From a virus, in the IMG/VR virus record IMGVR_UViG_3300005264_000003, positions 1 through 64,000 of that record: a DNA stretch of 64,000 bases, one strand, 5' to 3'. The position numbers and the translations under genes are program-made. The notes beneath the pieces are model-generated. The model did not search any database, was not told the origin of the DNA, and saw nothing but the letters and a program-made list of their open reading frames with translations. Positions 1 through 9,083 of the stretch are shown here, piece after piece. The stretch's first letter is position 1. Each line of letters opens with the position of its first letter.

Positions 1-6
1 CCCCAC

Positions 7-141
7 TTACCCCATTACAAAGAACGATAAGATGACAGTAATGCCACCTAGCACCACTAATGACACCATACATAGTGCTTCCTGCAATATGCTCTTCTCT
101 GCTACTACATTGTTCTTGATCTTACCCTTATACATGCTCAT
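7..141 (-). CDS. Small 44-aa membrane peptide (not in ORF track)
   Basis: Manual translation MSMYKGKIKNNVVAEKSILQEALCMVSLVVLGGITVILSFFVMG*. AGGAG RBS (rc of ctcct 149-153); C-terminal hydrophobic helix. Confidence 0.7.
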   Translation of the reverse strand: MSMYKGKIKNNVVAEKSILQEALCMVSLVVLGGITVILSFFVMG

Positions 142-468
142 GATAATACTCCTCTATTAGGGTATATGTACCCCCGGGTTATAGTAAAGGGGCCTATAGT
201 TAGCACCCCATGCATACTTAGTTATCATTAAGGTCTATCATGCATGACCCTTACGTCTTGTACATGTGTCACCATATGGCCCTCTATATCCATTATCACA
301 CGTACACTTAACATATCTAGGTCTATATACAGGCTCATGCTCACGTACTACAACATTACGTACTACAGCACCACAATGGGTACAGATCTCAGTTACTTTC
401 ATGATATAGCCTCCATATATAGGGCATACATACGAGGGCCACTATTGACCCCCGCCTTATACTAAGCC

Positions 469-738
469 CTATGCTGTGCGTAGTACATATTGCGTTATTG
501 CAATACGTAGCTGTAAGCGTAACGCCAGCTCTTCTTGCTCTACTACTGCCTGGTTAAGTGCATTAATATCTTCTAGTAGTGCAAGAATCTCATCATCCTG
601 AGATGGCACAGCAGGACAACCAGCAGCAACCCATCGCACTAGGCGAACAGCACCAACACAAGCAGCATACACAACGCAAAGAGCAAGACAAGCAAGTGCA
701 ACATTAACGAGTACAATAAATACTAAAAGTAAATCCAT
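469..738 (-). CDS. Hypothetical membrane protein (N-terminal TM helix, C-terminal helical region)
   Basis: AAGGAG RBS 6 nt upstream of ATG; hydrophobic N-terminus. Confidence 0.75.
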   Translation of the reverse strand: MDLLLVFIVLVNVALACLALCVVYAACVGAVRLVRWVAAGCPAVPSQDDEILALLEDINALNQAVVEQEELALRLQLRIAITQYVLRTA

Positions 739-909
739 AATGGTCTCCTTTCAAGAGGCCGGGGTTGATGATAGTATACAAGACGTATACCATATATATA
801 CTACAGTCCCTCTAACTCTACTAACCAATCCAGCACACTCCATAGTGTGCGTTTAAAGAGAATTCATACGATAATCTTCTGGCAGATCCTTTCCATATAC
901 ACAAGACTT

Positions 910-922
910 GACCCCCGGGGTC
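910..922. promoter_or_regulatory. Palindromic GACCCC-C-GGGGTC element, with related copies at 169-180, 445-454 and 757-766
   Basis: Interrupted palindrome read directly; GC-rich ACCCCCG cores recur in AT-rich non-coding DNA. Function unknown. Confidence 0.4.
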
Positions 923-1207
923 TGTATATAGCTTTCTTTCCGATTTCCCCTATACGTTTCCTCTCAGGAGAGCCAAGAGGCTTTTTGCTTTCCATACAGC
1001 AAAAATATCTTTAGATAATGCCAGGGTATATTCTATATCCTCACACATAACACTAACACATACGCCCTTTACACCCTCTTCACATCCCTTCACCCACTCT
1101 AATTCCCCCAATTCTAACGCCTACAAAAGATTAAACAATTCTACAAACTATTTCACACAATTTCACATAACTTAAGGTTGGTTTTCCATTTTATAACAGG
1201 CAAGCTC

Positions 1208-1237
1208 TTGACATGCTCCTTCTTTCCGTATTATATT
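1208..1237 (+). promoter_or_regulatory. Sigma70-type promoter for the + strand gene block
   Basis: TTGACA (1208-1213), 18-nt spacer, TATATT (1232-1237), upstream of the first + strand ORF. Confidence 0.6.
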
Positions 1238-1260
1238 ATAAGCATAGACACAGTTCATAC

Positions 1261-1270
1261 GTTATTAACA
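1261..1270 (+). promoter_or_regulatory. GTTAWTAACA conserved upstream element (copy 1)
   Basis: Same motif at 15112, 20224, 23321 and 50835, each shortly before a start codon. Confidence 0.55.
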
Positions 1271-1289
1271 TTATAGATAAGGCTACATT

Positions 1290-1466
1290 ATGCACATTTG
1301 GATTCAATTAGGGATACTAGGATTAGTAATATTTACAGCTAGTTGTCCAGAAGAGTACAAGCTAGCAATAAGTGCATCACCAATTAACATACTAATAGCA
1401 AGCATCGCCCTAGGACCTATATTCCTACTTGCAACTATGATATATCTAACATACATGGAGTTTTAA
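1290..1466 (+). CDS. 58-aa two-TM small membrane protein (not in ORF track)
   Basis: MHIWIQLGILGLVIFTASCPEEYKLAISASPINILIASIALGPIFLLATMIYLTYMEF*. Stop abuts the next ATG (TAAATG). Confidence 0.6.
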   Translation: MHIWIQLGILGLVIFTASCPEEYKLAISASPINILIASIALGPIFLLATMIYLTYMEF

Positions 1467-1622
1467 ATGAAGAAAGTAGTAAAGAAGACAATAGACATGC
1501 CAGTTGAATTATTTGATAAGATTATGACATTTGCATACAGTAAGAAAATCTATAAGTTCAGTCCTTCTGTTATACAGTTACTAGAATCCGCCTTAGATGC
1601 AGCAGAGAAAGAGGACGCATAA
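1467..1622 (+). CDS. 51-aa ribbon-helix-helix (Arc/CopG-like) DNA-binding protein (not in ORF track)
   Basis: MKKVVKKTIDMPVELFDKIMTFAYSKKIYKFSPSVIQLLESALDAAEKEDA*. Strand (KTIDM), P-x-E-L helix A, helix B pattern; GGAG RBS; TAATG coupling to the next gene. Confidence 0.7.
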   Translation: MKKVVKKTIDMPVELFDKIMTFAYSKKIYKFSPSVIQLLESALDAAEKEDA

Positions 1623-2047
1623 TGGAAACAATAGACGCGTTAAGCTTCGACAAAGAGCAATCATTCGACAGAATCGTATCATGCTCACTGTTCATAAATG
1701 CAAGGCAGCAGATTTTTGATATAAACCATACACTCTTAGATGATAGCATTAATGCTACTGATACAATGCTAACACTGTCCTTTAGCATCAAGAACGGTGT
1801 AGAAGAACTAATAACATTCTTCTCAGATAAAGTAAGCAATACGTTAGAGCCTGCAGACATAGAGATCTGCTTAAGTAATGACCAGATGTCACTATGCATG
1901 ATTACAGCTATTGAACTAAGTAACTTTAGATACAATATTAAAGGAAACAGTCTTATCTGTAACTTCGACACTAGAGACCAGGCACTACTGATTGATAGTG
2001 ACTATAAAGAAGTAGAATACTTTAAGCAAAGAGAAGGTAAGTTATAA
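1622..2047 (+). CDS. Hypothetical protein
   Basis: 141-aa ORF, GAGG RBS, translationally coupled to the upstream ORF. Confidence 0.75.
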   Translation: METIDALSFDKEQSFDRIVSCSLFINARQQIFDINHTLLDDSINATDTMLTLSFSIKNGVEELITFFSDKVSNTLEPADIEICLSNDQMSLCMITAIELSNFRYNIKGNSLICNFDTRDQALLIDSDYKEVEYFKQREGKL

Positions 2048-2061
2048 CCATAGAGGAAGCC

Positions 2062-2388
2062 ATGAACAACATAGGTCACGTAATAAGATATAAGAAGAAG
2101 AAGTTTTTCGGACTTGTAACAACTATAGCTTTAGGCATAAGGCATAGTGGTGACTATTTTGTTATATTTGAAGAAGAAAACAGCGCCCCTAAAAAAGTAC
2201 ACATGAACGACATAGGAGAAATAAAAGATAGTATGATTATTAAGTCTACTATCTTTAAAGTTCTACAAGGAGAAAGGTTTCTTGAGAGATCAATATTCAA
2301 TAACAGGACATGCAATAGAGAAGTATTTCTCAGACAATACATGAACGTAGTAAAGGATAAAGCATGGCAAACGAATATAAAGACATAA
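2062..2388 (+). CDS. Hypothetical protein
   Basis: 108-aa ORF, GAGG RBS. Confidence 0.75.
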   Translation: MNNIGHVIRYKKKKFFGLVTTIALGIRHSGDYFVIFEEENSAPKKVHMNDIGEIKDSMIIKSTIFKVLQGERFLERSIFNNRTCNREVFLRQYMNVVKDKAWQTNIKT

Positions 2389-3143
2389 CAGCACCAGCAG
2401 GATCTCTAGCAGATGTTGTTACTGCCTTAGAGGTTATAAACAAACCAAAAGGATTAGACAGAGTAAGAAACGTCTTAGCAATGAGGATGAACCAATACGC
2501 AGACATCCAACTAACAGAAGACGAAGTAAAGAAGATGGCAACATCTTTTGCTAACATCGAAACAGGATCAGCAACTAACTTAGTAGTTATATGCAGCAAA
2601 GAAAAATGTCTATATAAGAACAGATGCGTACTCTATTCATCTAACAAAGCTCCTGAAGGCAGAGAATGTCTTCATGAAAACAAAGTACTTATAGATGCTA
2701 TGGATAGATACATGCAATCCTTAGACGTAGATATTGATAACTACGCAGAGATGGTAATGATTAATCAGCTAGTAGAATATGAACTAATTGAATTCCGCTG
2801 TAATACCATACTATCCTACGACCACCAGAACATGAAGATGGAAATAGTAGTAGGCATAGATGAGAAAGGACAGCTAATTACAAAAGAAGACATATCTCAC
2901 GCACTGCAGATTAAGATGCAGATCTTTAAAAACAAAATTAAGCTACTTGAAGAACTTACTGCTACCAGACGAGAGAAGTATAAAAAGCAAGCTGCGTTGA
3001 AAGAAAGTAAGGATGGCCCTACAAAGGTCATATCTAGCATGAAAGCCGAACTAGAGAAAATGAAGAGAGGCAACGTAGAAGTAGATGAAGTACATTACGA
3101 ATTAAATGCTTTAGAGAATGAGGATATCGTAGTAGATGAGTAA
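2364..3143 (+). CDS. Putative terminase small subunit
   Basis: Cys cluster (CSKEKC..NRC...GRECLHE); helical oligomerisation-like region (LVEYELIEFR...LLEELTATRREK); lies upstream of the large terminase. Confidence 0.6.
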   Translation: MANEYKDITAPAGSLADVVTALEVINKPKGLDRVRNVLAMRMNQYADIQLTEDEVKKMATSFANIETGSATNLVVICSKEKCLYKNRCVLYSSNKAPEGRECLHENKVLIDAMDRYMQSLDVDIDNYAEMVMINQLVEYELIEFRCNTILSYDHQNMKMEIVVGIDEKGQLITKEDISHALQIKMQIFKNKIKLLEELTATRREKYKKQAALKESKDGPTKVISSMKAELEKMKRGNVEVDEVHYELNALENEDIVVDE

Positions 3144-3471
3144 TTCATTCTTAATCGTATGTAGAGACAGAAAGAGAATCGGGCATGTTTATAGTATAAT
3201 GAAAAACTATATGCTTAAGAATAATCAATGTTCACTACATTCTGTCAATCCAAACTACCGCTTATTAAGCAGTAATGGAGATTCATTTAGATTTACAGCC
3301 ACTACCTTTTCAGATGCTACTACAAGAGGCTTACATATAGACTATATTATCTTAGATGATGACATAACAATTAGAGATGTAGGTACTGATATGTATATGA
3401 GCCTTAAAGGCAATAAGAACGCAAGAGAAGATAGAATTAAAACACTTAATTTAGAAAGCTTACTTAAATGA
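3136..3471 (+). CDS. Truncated terminase-ATPase-like protein (Walker B-like motif, no Walker A)
   Basis: SNGDSFRF...TRGLHIDYIILDDD resembles TerL DNGSKIML...ARGQ/TADWIYLDEAA. Confidence 0.55.
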   Translation: MSNSFLIVCRDRKRIGHVYSIMKNYMLKNNQCSLHSVNPNYRLLSSNGDSFRFTATTFSDATTRGLHIDYIILDDDITIRDVGTDMYMSLKGNKNAREDRIKTLNLESLLK

Positions 3472-4538
3472 AATATGCAAGCAAAGAGTTAATGCAGATC
3501 TATAAAGAGCTAATAGAAGCAATGGTAAAGCCAGAATTGAATGAGAGCGGTGAAGAGATTCTCTATACTTATACTGAATCATCTCCTAGTATAATTCAAC
3601 CTAATAAGCCTTGTCTTATCTCTTCCGACTTACTCCATGGCGTAAATGAAGAAAGTAGTAAAGAAGAAAATAATATAGAGGAGTTAAGTCAGCCGTGCGA
3701 CTTTGAGGACTCACTCATTGAGAAAGATGAAAGACTCTCTACAGATGAGCTTGATGTCATTCTCCATGAACTAGATAACCATTATAAACAAGGTGGCAAT
3801 ATCTACACTAGCGAGAGTGATGAAGAGAAGTATCTTGTAATTAATGATCTACATATTCCTTTCCAAAGAAAGACTGTAATAGAGGCCATCTTAAAGACTT
3901 ATGGGGATAAAGGATATAACTTAGTTTTAGCTGGTGATATTCTCGACTGTTATGACATCTCTACTTTCCCTAAAGCTTACGCCGTTGGCTTAGGTACTGA
4001 GATTAAGACTGCCAAGGATTACATTAAGAGATTTGCTGCTTTGTTTAAATCGGTCTATGTAGTGTCAGGTAACCATGAAGGTAGGTTAGCTACCTATTTA
4101 CGCAAAAGAATCTCTCCTGAGGTCGTTGAGTTCCTTCCTGATGATATTTTAGAGAACATCATCAATGATCTTAAGCTAGATAATATTAAATACGTACCAG
4201 GTGACACTTATAACTGGTATGTTCAGATTGATAATGTAATTATCTGTCACCCAAGAAGCTTCTCAAAAGCCTCCCTAGGTACTGCAGCTCGGGTACAAGA
4301 GTTCTTTACCACCAGAGGATTTACGGCTGATATGTTTATTGTTGCTCATACACATAAGCTAGGACAAGCAGTTAATAAAGGTGGAACTATTATAGAATCA
4401 GGCTGCATGTGCGTACCTCAAGACTATGCAATGGACGGTAAGGTTTCATATACACCAGAAGCTTCAGGCTTTGTAGTATTCACATCTAACAAGAAAAAGG
4501 TAGGATTTAACGATGTACGACTTCACTATGTTGGCTAA
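3468..4538 (+). CDS. Calcineurin-like metallophosphoesterase with acidic N-terminal extension
   Basis: Motifs NDLH, GDILD, GNHE, ICH and AHTH in canonical order. Confidence 0.9.
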   Translation: MKYASKELMQIYKELIEAMVKPELNESGEEILYTYTESSPSIIQPNKPCLISSDLLHGVNEESSKEENNIEELSQPCDFEDSLIEKDERLSTDELDVILHELDNHYKQGGNIYTSESDEEKYLVINDLHIPFQRKTVIEAILKTYGDKGYNLVLAGDILDCYDISTFPKAYAVGLGTEIKTAKDYIKRFAALFKSVYVVSGNHEGRLATYLRKRISPEVVEFLPDDILENIINDLKLDNIKYVPGDTYNWYVQIDNVIICHPRSFSKASLGTAARVQEFFTTRGFTADMFIVAHTHKLGQAVNKGGTIIESGCMCVPQDYAMDGKVSYTPEASGFVVFTSNKKKVGFNDVRLHYVG

Positions 4539-4773
4539 GGCAATGGACCTTAAGCGAGAAGGAGAAAATGAAGTAGAAAAAGAAGTTAATGCTGAAGTCT
4601 TTCTCGATGACATAGATAAGTTGTATTCAAATTTGGTAGTTGCCTCTTTTGGAGGAGGCGCTACCTCTTATCTTGATCTAATAGAAAGCATGCATGCCGT
4701 ACTAGATTTTGAGGAAGCTTCCATGCCTATGACATTAATGGAAATGCTAGAGAAAGGAGAGCAGAATGAGTAG
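4513..4773 (+). CDS. Hypothetical acidic protein
   Basis: 86-aa ORF overlapping its neighbours in the operon; true start may be a later ATG. Confidence 0.6.
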   Translation: MYDFTMLAKAMDLKREGENEVEKEVNAEVFLDDIDKLYSNLVVASFGGGATSYLDLIESMHAVLDFEEASMPMTLMEMLEKGEQNE

Positions 4774-5452
4774 TATACCATGGGCAGATTCGGGTAAATT
4801 TACTAGACATACAAACTGGGCTCAAGGTTGGGGAATGACTAGGTATGGCGTAGCTACAGCCATTACTGCTTCTGCATATACGACAATCGGTACGGGAGCA
4901 CAATTTTTAAATGATGCACATAGTCAAAATCCTAATACAATGGAAAACTTAGGATATGGCACTGGCGCAGCTATAGGTGAAGGATTAGTCTTAGTAACAA
5001 TGGGTATTACGGCTGCTGATGCATATAGATCTAGAGGATCAAACCTAAAGAATCCTGCATTCCAGGCTACTATGTACAAAGACAAACTTTACAGAAATCC
5101 TAATACTATTGTAGGGCCAAGAACTGGAACGAAAGTTAAAAATGCACCTAGGGCTAAAACAGGCCTATTCAGAGGCGGTAAATTTATTAAGCCAATGAGC
5201 TGGAAAAAAGATATTAGCCTAGGCATTGGAGCTATGCTTACAGGAATGGTCGCGTCAGCTGGTCTTGGCATGGTAGGCAGATATATTGATGGTAATATAG
5301 CTGAACACAAACGGAGAAGCGTGATAGATTACGACTCTAGATTTTTTGATACAAGAAGATATGATCAGGCTACTAATAATCAAGTTGGAATGGCTATGCA
5401 AAACTATAGCGATAGACTTGTAAGTGTAGCTAGAATTCATCATAGCAGATAA
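4766..5452 (+). CDS. Gly/Ala-rich basic protein with hydrophobic segments (probable virion protein)
   Basis: AGGAG RBS; small-residue hydrophobic helices (GYGTGAAIGEGLVLVTMG, LGIGAMLTGMVASAGLGMVG). Confidence 0.7.
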   Translation: MSSIPWADSGKFTRHTNWAQGWGMTRYGVATAITASAYTTIGTGAQFLNDAHSQNPNTMENLGYGTGAAIGEGLVLVTMGITAADAYRSRGSNLKNPAFQATMYKDKLYRNPNTIVGPRTGTKVKNAPRAKTGLFRGGKFIKPMSWKKDISLGIGAMLTGMVASAGLGMVGRYIDGNIAEHKRRSVIDYDSRFFDTRRYDQATNNQVGMAMQNYSDRLVSVARIHHSR

Positions 5453-5463
5453 TAGGGGGTAGT

Positions 5464-6153
5464 ATGAGTATAACATCTAAAGCAGGCGAAACATTAACTG
5501 ATTGGCTTGGTATAGCTAGCCATGGATCAGAAGGCTTTTCCAGGCTAGTACAAAAAGAGTCACAAATAAGCAGGAGAGTATATGGAAGGACTGCTCCGAA
5601 AGTGCCGAGGACTGGTAATCGTACAATTCCATTTAGAGGAGCAAGGAAAGCAGCTCCTATTGGGACTCTGTTTGTAGGACCACCAAGACCAAGTCTCCCT
5701 CCCTCTCCTATGAATACTGGCTGGCGAGGCGCTCGTGACGGAATTGGCTCTGGCATAAAGAAGTGGGGATGGAACAGTAAGAAGCAAGACCTAACAACAG
5801 CAGGATATGAGGCGCTAGGCAGTGTTGCTAGAGGCGCAATGATTGGGGTAGCAGGCAATATCGCATATGGTGCTGCGAGTGCAATTGCTCCAAATAACTT
5901 TCAGCGGGACAGAAGCGTGTTTTCTTCTGCCTTTAAAGGTGCACTAGGCGGAGCAATCCTAGGAGGCGCAAGAGTTGCTGGCGGAGGCATAAGAGCAGCA
6001 CACTTTAACGGGAGATACCAAGGCATAGCTAATGCTGGTAAGATGATACGCAAGGCTAGTGATAATAAGGTTATACGTGGAGCACTAATTGCTGGCATTG
6101 CTGGTTCGCAAGGTAGCTTTTCAATGACCAGGCCTGTCAATAAAGGCTACTAA
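5464..6153 (+). CDS. Gly/Ala/Arg-rich basic protein with glycine-zipper-like segments
   Basis: GALGGAILGGARVAGGG and GAMIGVAG; coupled to terL by TAATG. Confidence 0.7.
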   Translation: MSITSKAGETLTDWLGIASHGSEGFSRLVQKESQISRRVYGRTAPKVPRTGNRTIPFRGARKAAPIGTLFVGPPRPSLPPSPMNTGWRGARDGIGSGIKKWGWNSKKQDLTTAGYEALGSVARGAMIGVAGNIAYGAASAIAPNNFQRDRSVFSSAFKGALGGAILGGARVAGGGIRAAHFNGRYQGIANAGKMIRKASDNKVIRGALIAGIAGSQGSFSMTRPVNKGY

Positions 6154-9071
6154 TGAGAATAAATCACCCTAAGTTTAAAAATAAAATTTGTCAAGCCTGC
6201 ATAAAAGCACAAAAGGCTAAGTATGGTAAGTTTGACATGAAGTGTAGTGGCATAACCATTGAAGCTGATGTTAAATTTGCTATGAAGCATGGCAATATGT
6301 CAGAGGAGGATGCTAGGTATATATATGACCCAGTGTTCTTCTTTGAAGCTAGCTTTGGATCTCCTGCGAGAGACTATCAGATCCCTATCTTGCAATGCAC
6401 AAGCAGAAACTTAGTCTCAAGACAGTGTCGGCAGACAGGCAAGACTCTTGCTATTACAAATAAGATCTTACACTACGTAGGCACCAATGACAATGCTACT
6501 GTTCTTATAATAACTCCACAAGAAAAGCAAATTAAAAAGATCTGGGATGAGTACATATTCCGAGATGGTATAGATAAAAACCCTAGATTATCTGTAAAAA
6601 GAAAGCGCGAGAAGCCTTTCTATCAAGTTGAATTCGATAATGGATCTAAAATAATGCTTATGATTGCAGGCCCTGGTGCTCGTGGTCAATGCTTACCTGC
6701 TGGACAGCTAGTAACTATGCATGATGGGTCTCAGAAGGCAATAGAGGAGATAGAGCTAGAGGACATTGTACTTACGTTTGATGATAAAGATAATACTTTA
6801 AAGCCTAATAAAGTGAGAACTCTTCACGGTAATGGCATAAAAGATATCTATGAAATAGTTACCGAAAGCGGAAGAAGGACAAGAGCTACAGGTAATCATC
6901 CATTTTACATTAACGGTGAGTGGAAAGATGCAGATCAGATCAACAAAGATGAGCTAATTGCTATACCTAAGCATGTCCCTTTTGGTAAAAATAAACTGAA
7001 TGACGCCCTAGTAAAGTATATTGGATACATGATTGGAGACGGTACATGCTCTTCTGTTGAGTCTACTCCGTTTAAGTTTACAGTAAACAATAATACGATT
7101 AAAAGTGAGTTTATTAATATTTGTTCATGCCTAGGCATTAAGATTAGCAGCATTCATCAAGACACAAGAAGAGATAATTTATTTAATATTGCCATGTCTG
7201 CAAGAAAAACAGGCACTGCTTATGATGTAATGAATAGCTATAATTTATATGGTAAGAAGTGTGACACCAAGAGTATTCCAGAAGAAATAATGTCTTTAAA
7301 TAAACAGCAACTTGCCTTGTTTATTAACAGGCTATACTCTACGGATGGCTGGATATGCCATAGCCCTGGGCAAAGAACTATTAATACTGAAATTGGATAT
7401 TGCTCTACTTCTAAAAAACTAGTTACTCAACTGCAATATTTATTAAATAAGTTCCAAATCAAATCTAGAATACAAGAAAAGGAAAAATCTCTTAATGGAA
7501 GAGCCTGTAAAAGACAATACATACTTAAAATAAGAGATAAAAAACAGACACTTGACTTTATTGAGCAAATTGGATTCATATTTGGGAAAGAAGAAAAGTC
7601 TAAGGAAGTTTTTGATATAGTCAACAAGGACAGTATAAGAAGTAGAGTATACAGATCTGACATTAATGATATTTACTATGAGAAAGTAAAAAGCGTAAAT
7701 GTAGTTTCTAGTGAAGAAACTTACAACTTAACGATAGAGAATACACATACTTTTATAGTAGATGGTATCATAACTCATAATACTGCTGATTGGATCTATT
7801 TGGATGAAGCAGCAATTATACCAAATGATATGCTTAAAGATATAGTCATGACAATCGCTTCTCGTGGAGATGAAGCTACAATGCTATTGACATCCACGCC
7901 TATGGGTCGTGGTAATGTATTCTATACAGCATGTAAGGAAAACTCTGTATTTAGAGAGTTCCATGTATCTATTGATGACGTACCTAGTATGCATAATATG
8001 ATACCTCAATTTAAGAAGCTATTAGGTGAAACTGGGTATATACAAGAGGCACTAGCTGAATTCCCAGCTACATCAGGCGGTCCATTTAACCTTAATGGAA
8101 TTACTTTAGCTAAGACAGATTATGAGTATGAACATGCTACTAGAAGTGGAGGTATGTTATACTTCGGAGGAGTCGACTGGAACGGACCGGGCATAGGTAC
8201 TTATTTCTATATAGTAGGCTTTGACCCTCAGAGTTATAAGTTTAAGATAGTAGATAAGCAGATAATAGCTTCTGCTAACTGGAATAGTACTGTTGCTAAA
8301 CAGGCTCTTATAGAGTTAAACAGAAAGTGGGAACCGAAGCATTGGATGTGTGATTATGGATACTCTCAATCCTTAATAGAAGAAATTAGACTATATTCAA
8401 TGAAAGTTAATGTCGAAAATGGACATCCAGATACACAACTCAAGCATATAGTAGAAACAGTAGCATTTGGATCACCTATGGAAGTAGAGGATCCATTTAC
8501 TAAAGAAATGACTAAGAAGACAGCTAGATCGTTTATAGTCTCACAGGTTGCAAGATTATTCGAGCCACAAGGTACTACGGGCAAGGAGTGGGTTCCAATA
8601 CAATTCTCATCTCATGATGAGGAGTTAATAAAGTCTCTTGAAGTATATAAGTTGCTATCTATATCAAGAACAGGCCAAGAGCAGTACGGTATAGATTCCA
8701 AGGATGGAGTAGAGGATCATGCAATGGATGCTTTTATTCTAGCTATTTACGGCGTTGTTAAATATTACAATGAGCTGTTTAAGAAGATTATATATTCTTC
8801 AGTTTCATTTAATGCAACAACACTACTTGGTGCAGAAGCAGAAGAAGAGCTAGAAAAGAATGTCGTAGCTGGAGGAATCATCTTATTAACAGATAATAGC
8901 CCAGAGCCAATCTATCTTGACGAAAGAGTAATTAAGGATCCTTCTGAGGCAAAAGAGATAATTATATCAAGAAGCTTTTCTAAAGGAATGACAAAGAGAG
9001 CCTATACAGAAAAAAATCTTTCTGGTATAATGAGAAGTAGACGTGGAATGATTAGAAGAAATAATTTTTAG
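6153..9071 (+). CDS. terL: Terminase large subunit, intein-containing
   Basis: Walker A (RQTGKT), Walker B (WIYLDEAA), coupling motif (LTSTP), RNase H-like nuclease residues (GVDWN, DHAMDA). Confidence 0.95.
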   Translation: MRINHPKFKNKICQACIKAQKAKYGKFDMKCSGITIEADVKFAMKHGNMSEEDARYIYDPVFFFEASFGSPARDYQIPILQCTSRNLVSRQCRQTGKTLAITNKILHYVGTNDNATVLIITPQEKQIKKIWDEYIFRDGIDKNPRLSVKRKREKPFYQVEFDNGSKIMLMIAGPGARGQCLPAGQLVTMHDGSQKAIEEIELEDIVLTFDDKDNTLKPNKVRTLHGNGIKDIYEIVTESGRRTRATGNHPFYINGEWKDADQINKDELIAIPKHVPFGKNKLNDALVKYIGYMIGDGTCSSVESTPFKFTVNNNTIKSEFINICSCLGIKISSIHQDTRRDNLFNIAMSARKTGTAYDVMNSYNLYGKKCDTKSIPEEIMSLNKQQLALFINRLYSTDGWICHSPGQRTINTEIGYCSTSKKLVTQLQYLLNKFQIKSRIQEKEKSLNGRACKRQYILKIRDKKQTLDFIEQIGFIFGKEEKSKEVFDIVNKDSIRSRVYRSDINDIYYEKVKSVNVVSSEETYNLTIENTHTFIVDGIITHNTADWIYLDEAAIIPNDMLKDIVMTIASRGDEATMLLTSTPMGRGNVFYTACKENSVFREFHVSIDDVPSMHNMIPQFKKLLGETGYIQEALAEFPATSGGPFNLNGITLAKTDYEYEHATRSGGMLYFGGVDWNGPGIGTYFYIVGFDPQSYKFKIVDKQIIASANWNSTVAKQALIELNRKWEPKHWMCDYGYSQSLIEEIRLYSMKVNVENGHPDTQLKHIVETVAFGSPMEVEDPFTKEMTKKTARSFIVSQVARLFEPQGTTGKEWVPIQFSSHDEELIKSLEVYKLLSISRTGQEQYGIDSKDGVEDHAMDAFILAIYGVVKYYNELFKKIIYSSVSFNATTLLGAEAEEELEKNVVAGGIILLTDNSPEPIYLDERVIKDPSEAKEIIISRSFSKGMTKRAYTEKNLSGIMRSRRGMIRRNNF
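6690..7781 (+). mobile_element. Intein (364 aa) with LAGLIDADG homing endonuclease, inserted in TerL
   Basis: Begins CLPAG; block B TGNHPF; LAGLIDADG-like IGYMIGDG and LYSTDGW; ends ITHN followed by +1 Thr. Confidence 0.93.
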
Positions 9072-9083
9072 GAGATATTAATA

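Noticed and set aside
244-465. 73-aa + strand ORF from the track
   Set aside because: No RBS, unusual Thr/Tyr/Ile composition reflecting repeat-rich DNA, and opposite in orientation to the flanking genes.
961-1005. Overlapping short hairpins (CTCTC/GAGAG, AGCC/GGCT plus T-run, TTTTTGCT/AGCAAAAA) as a riboswitch or terminator
   Set aside because: The stems are short or AT-rich and no credible gene ends immediately upstream; cannot be distinguished from chance.
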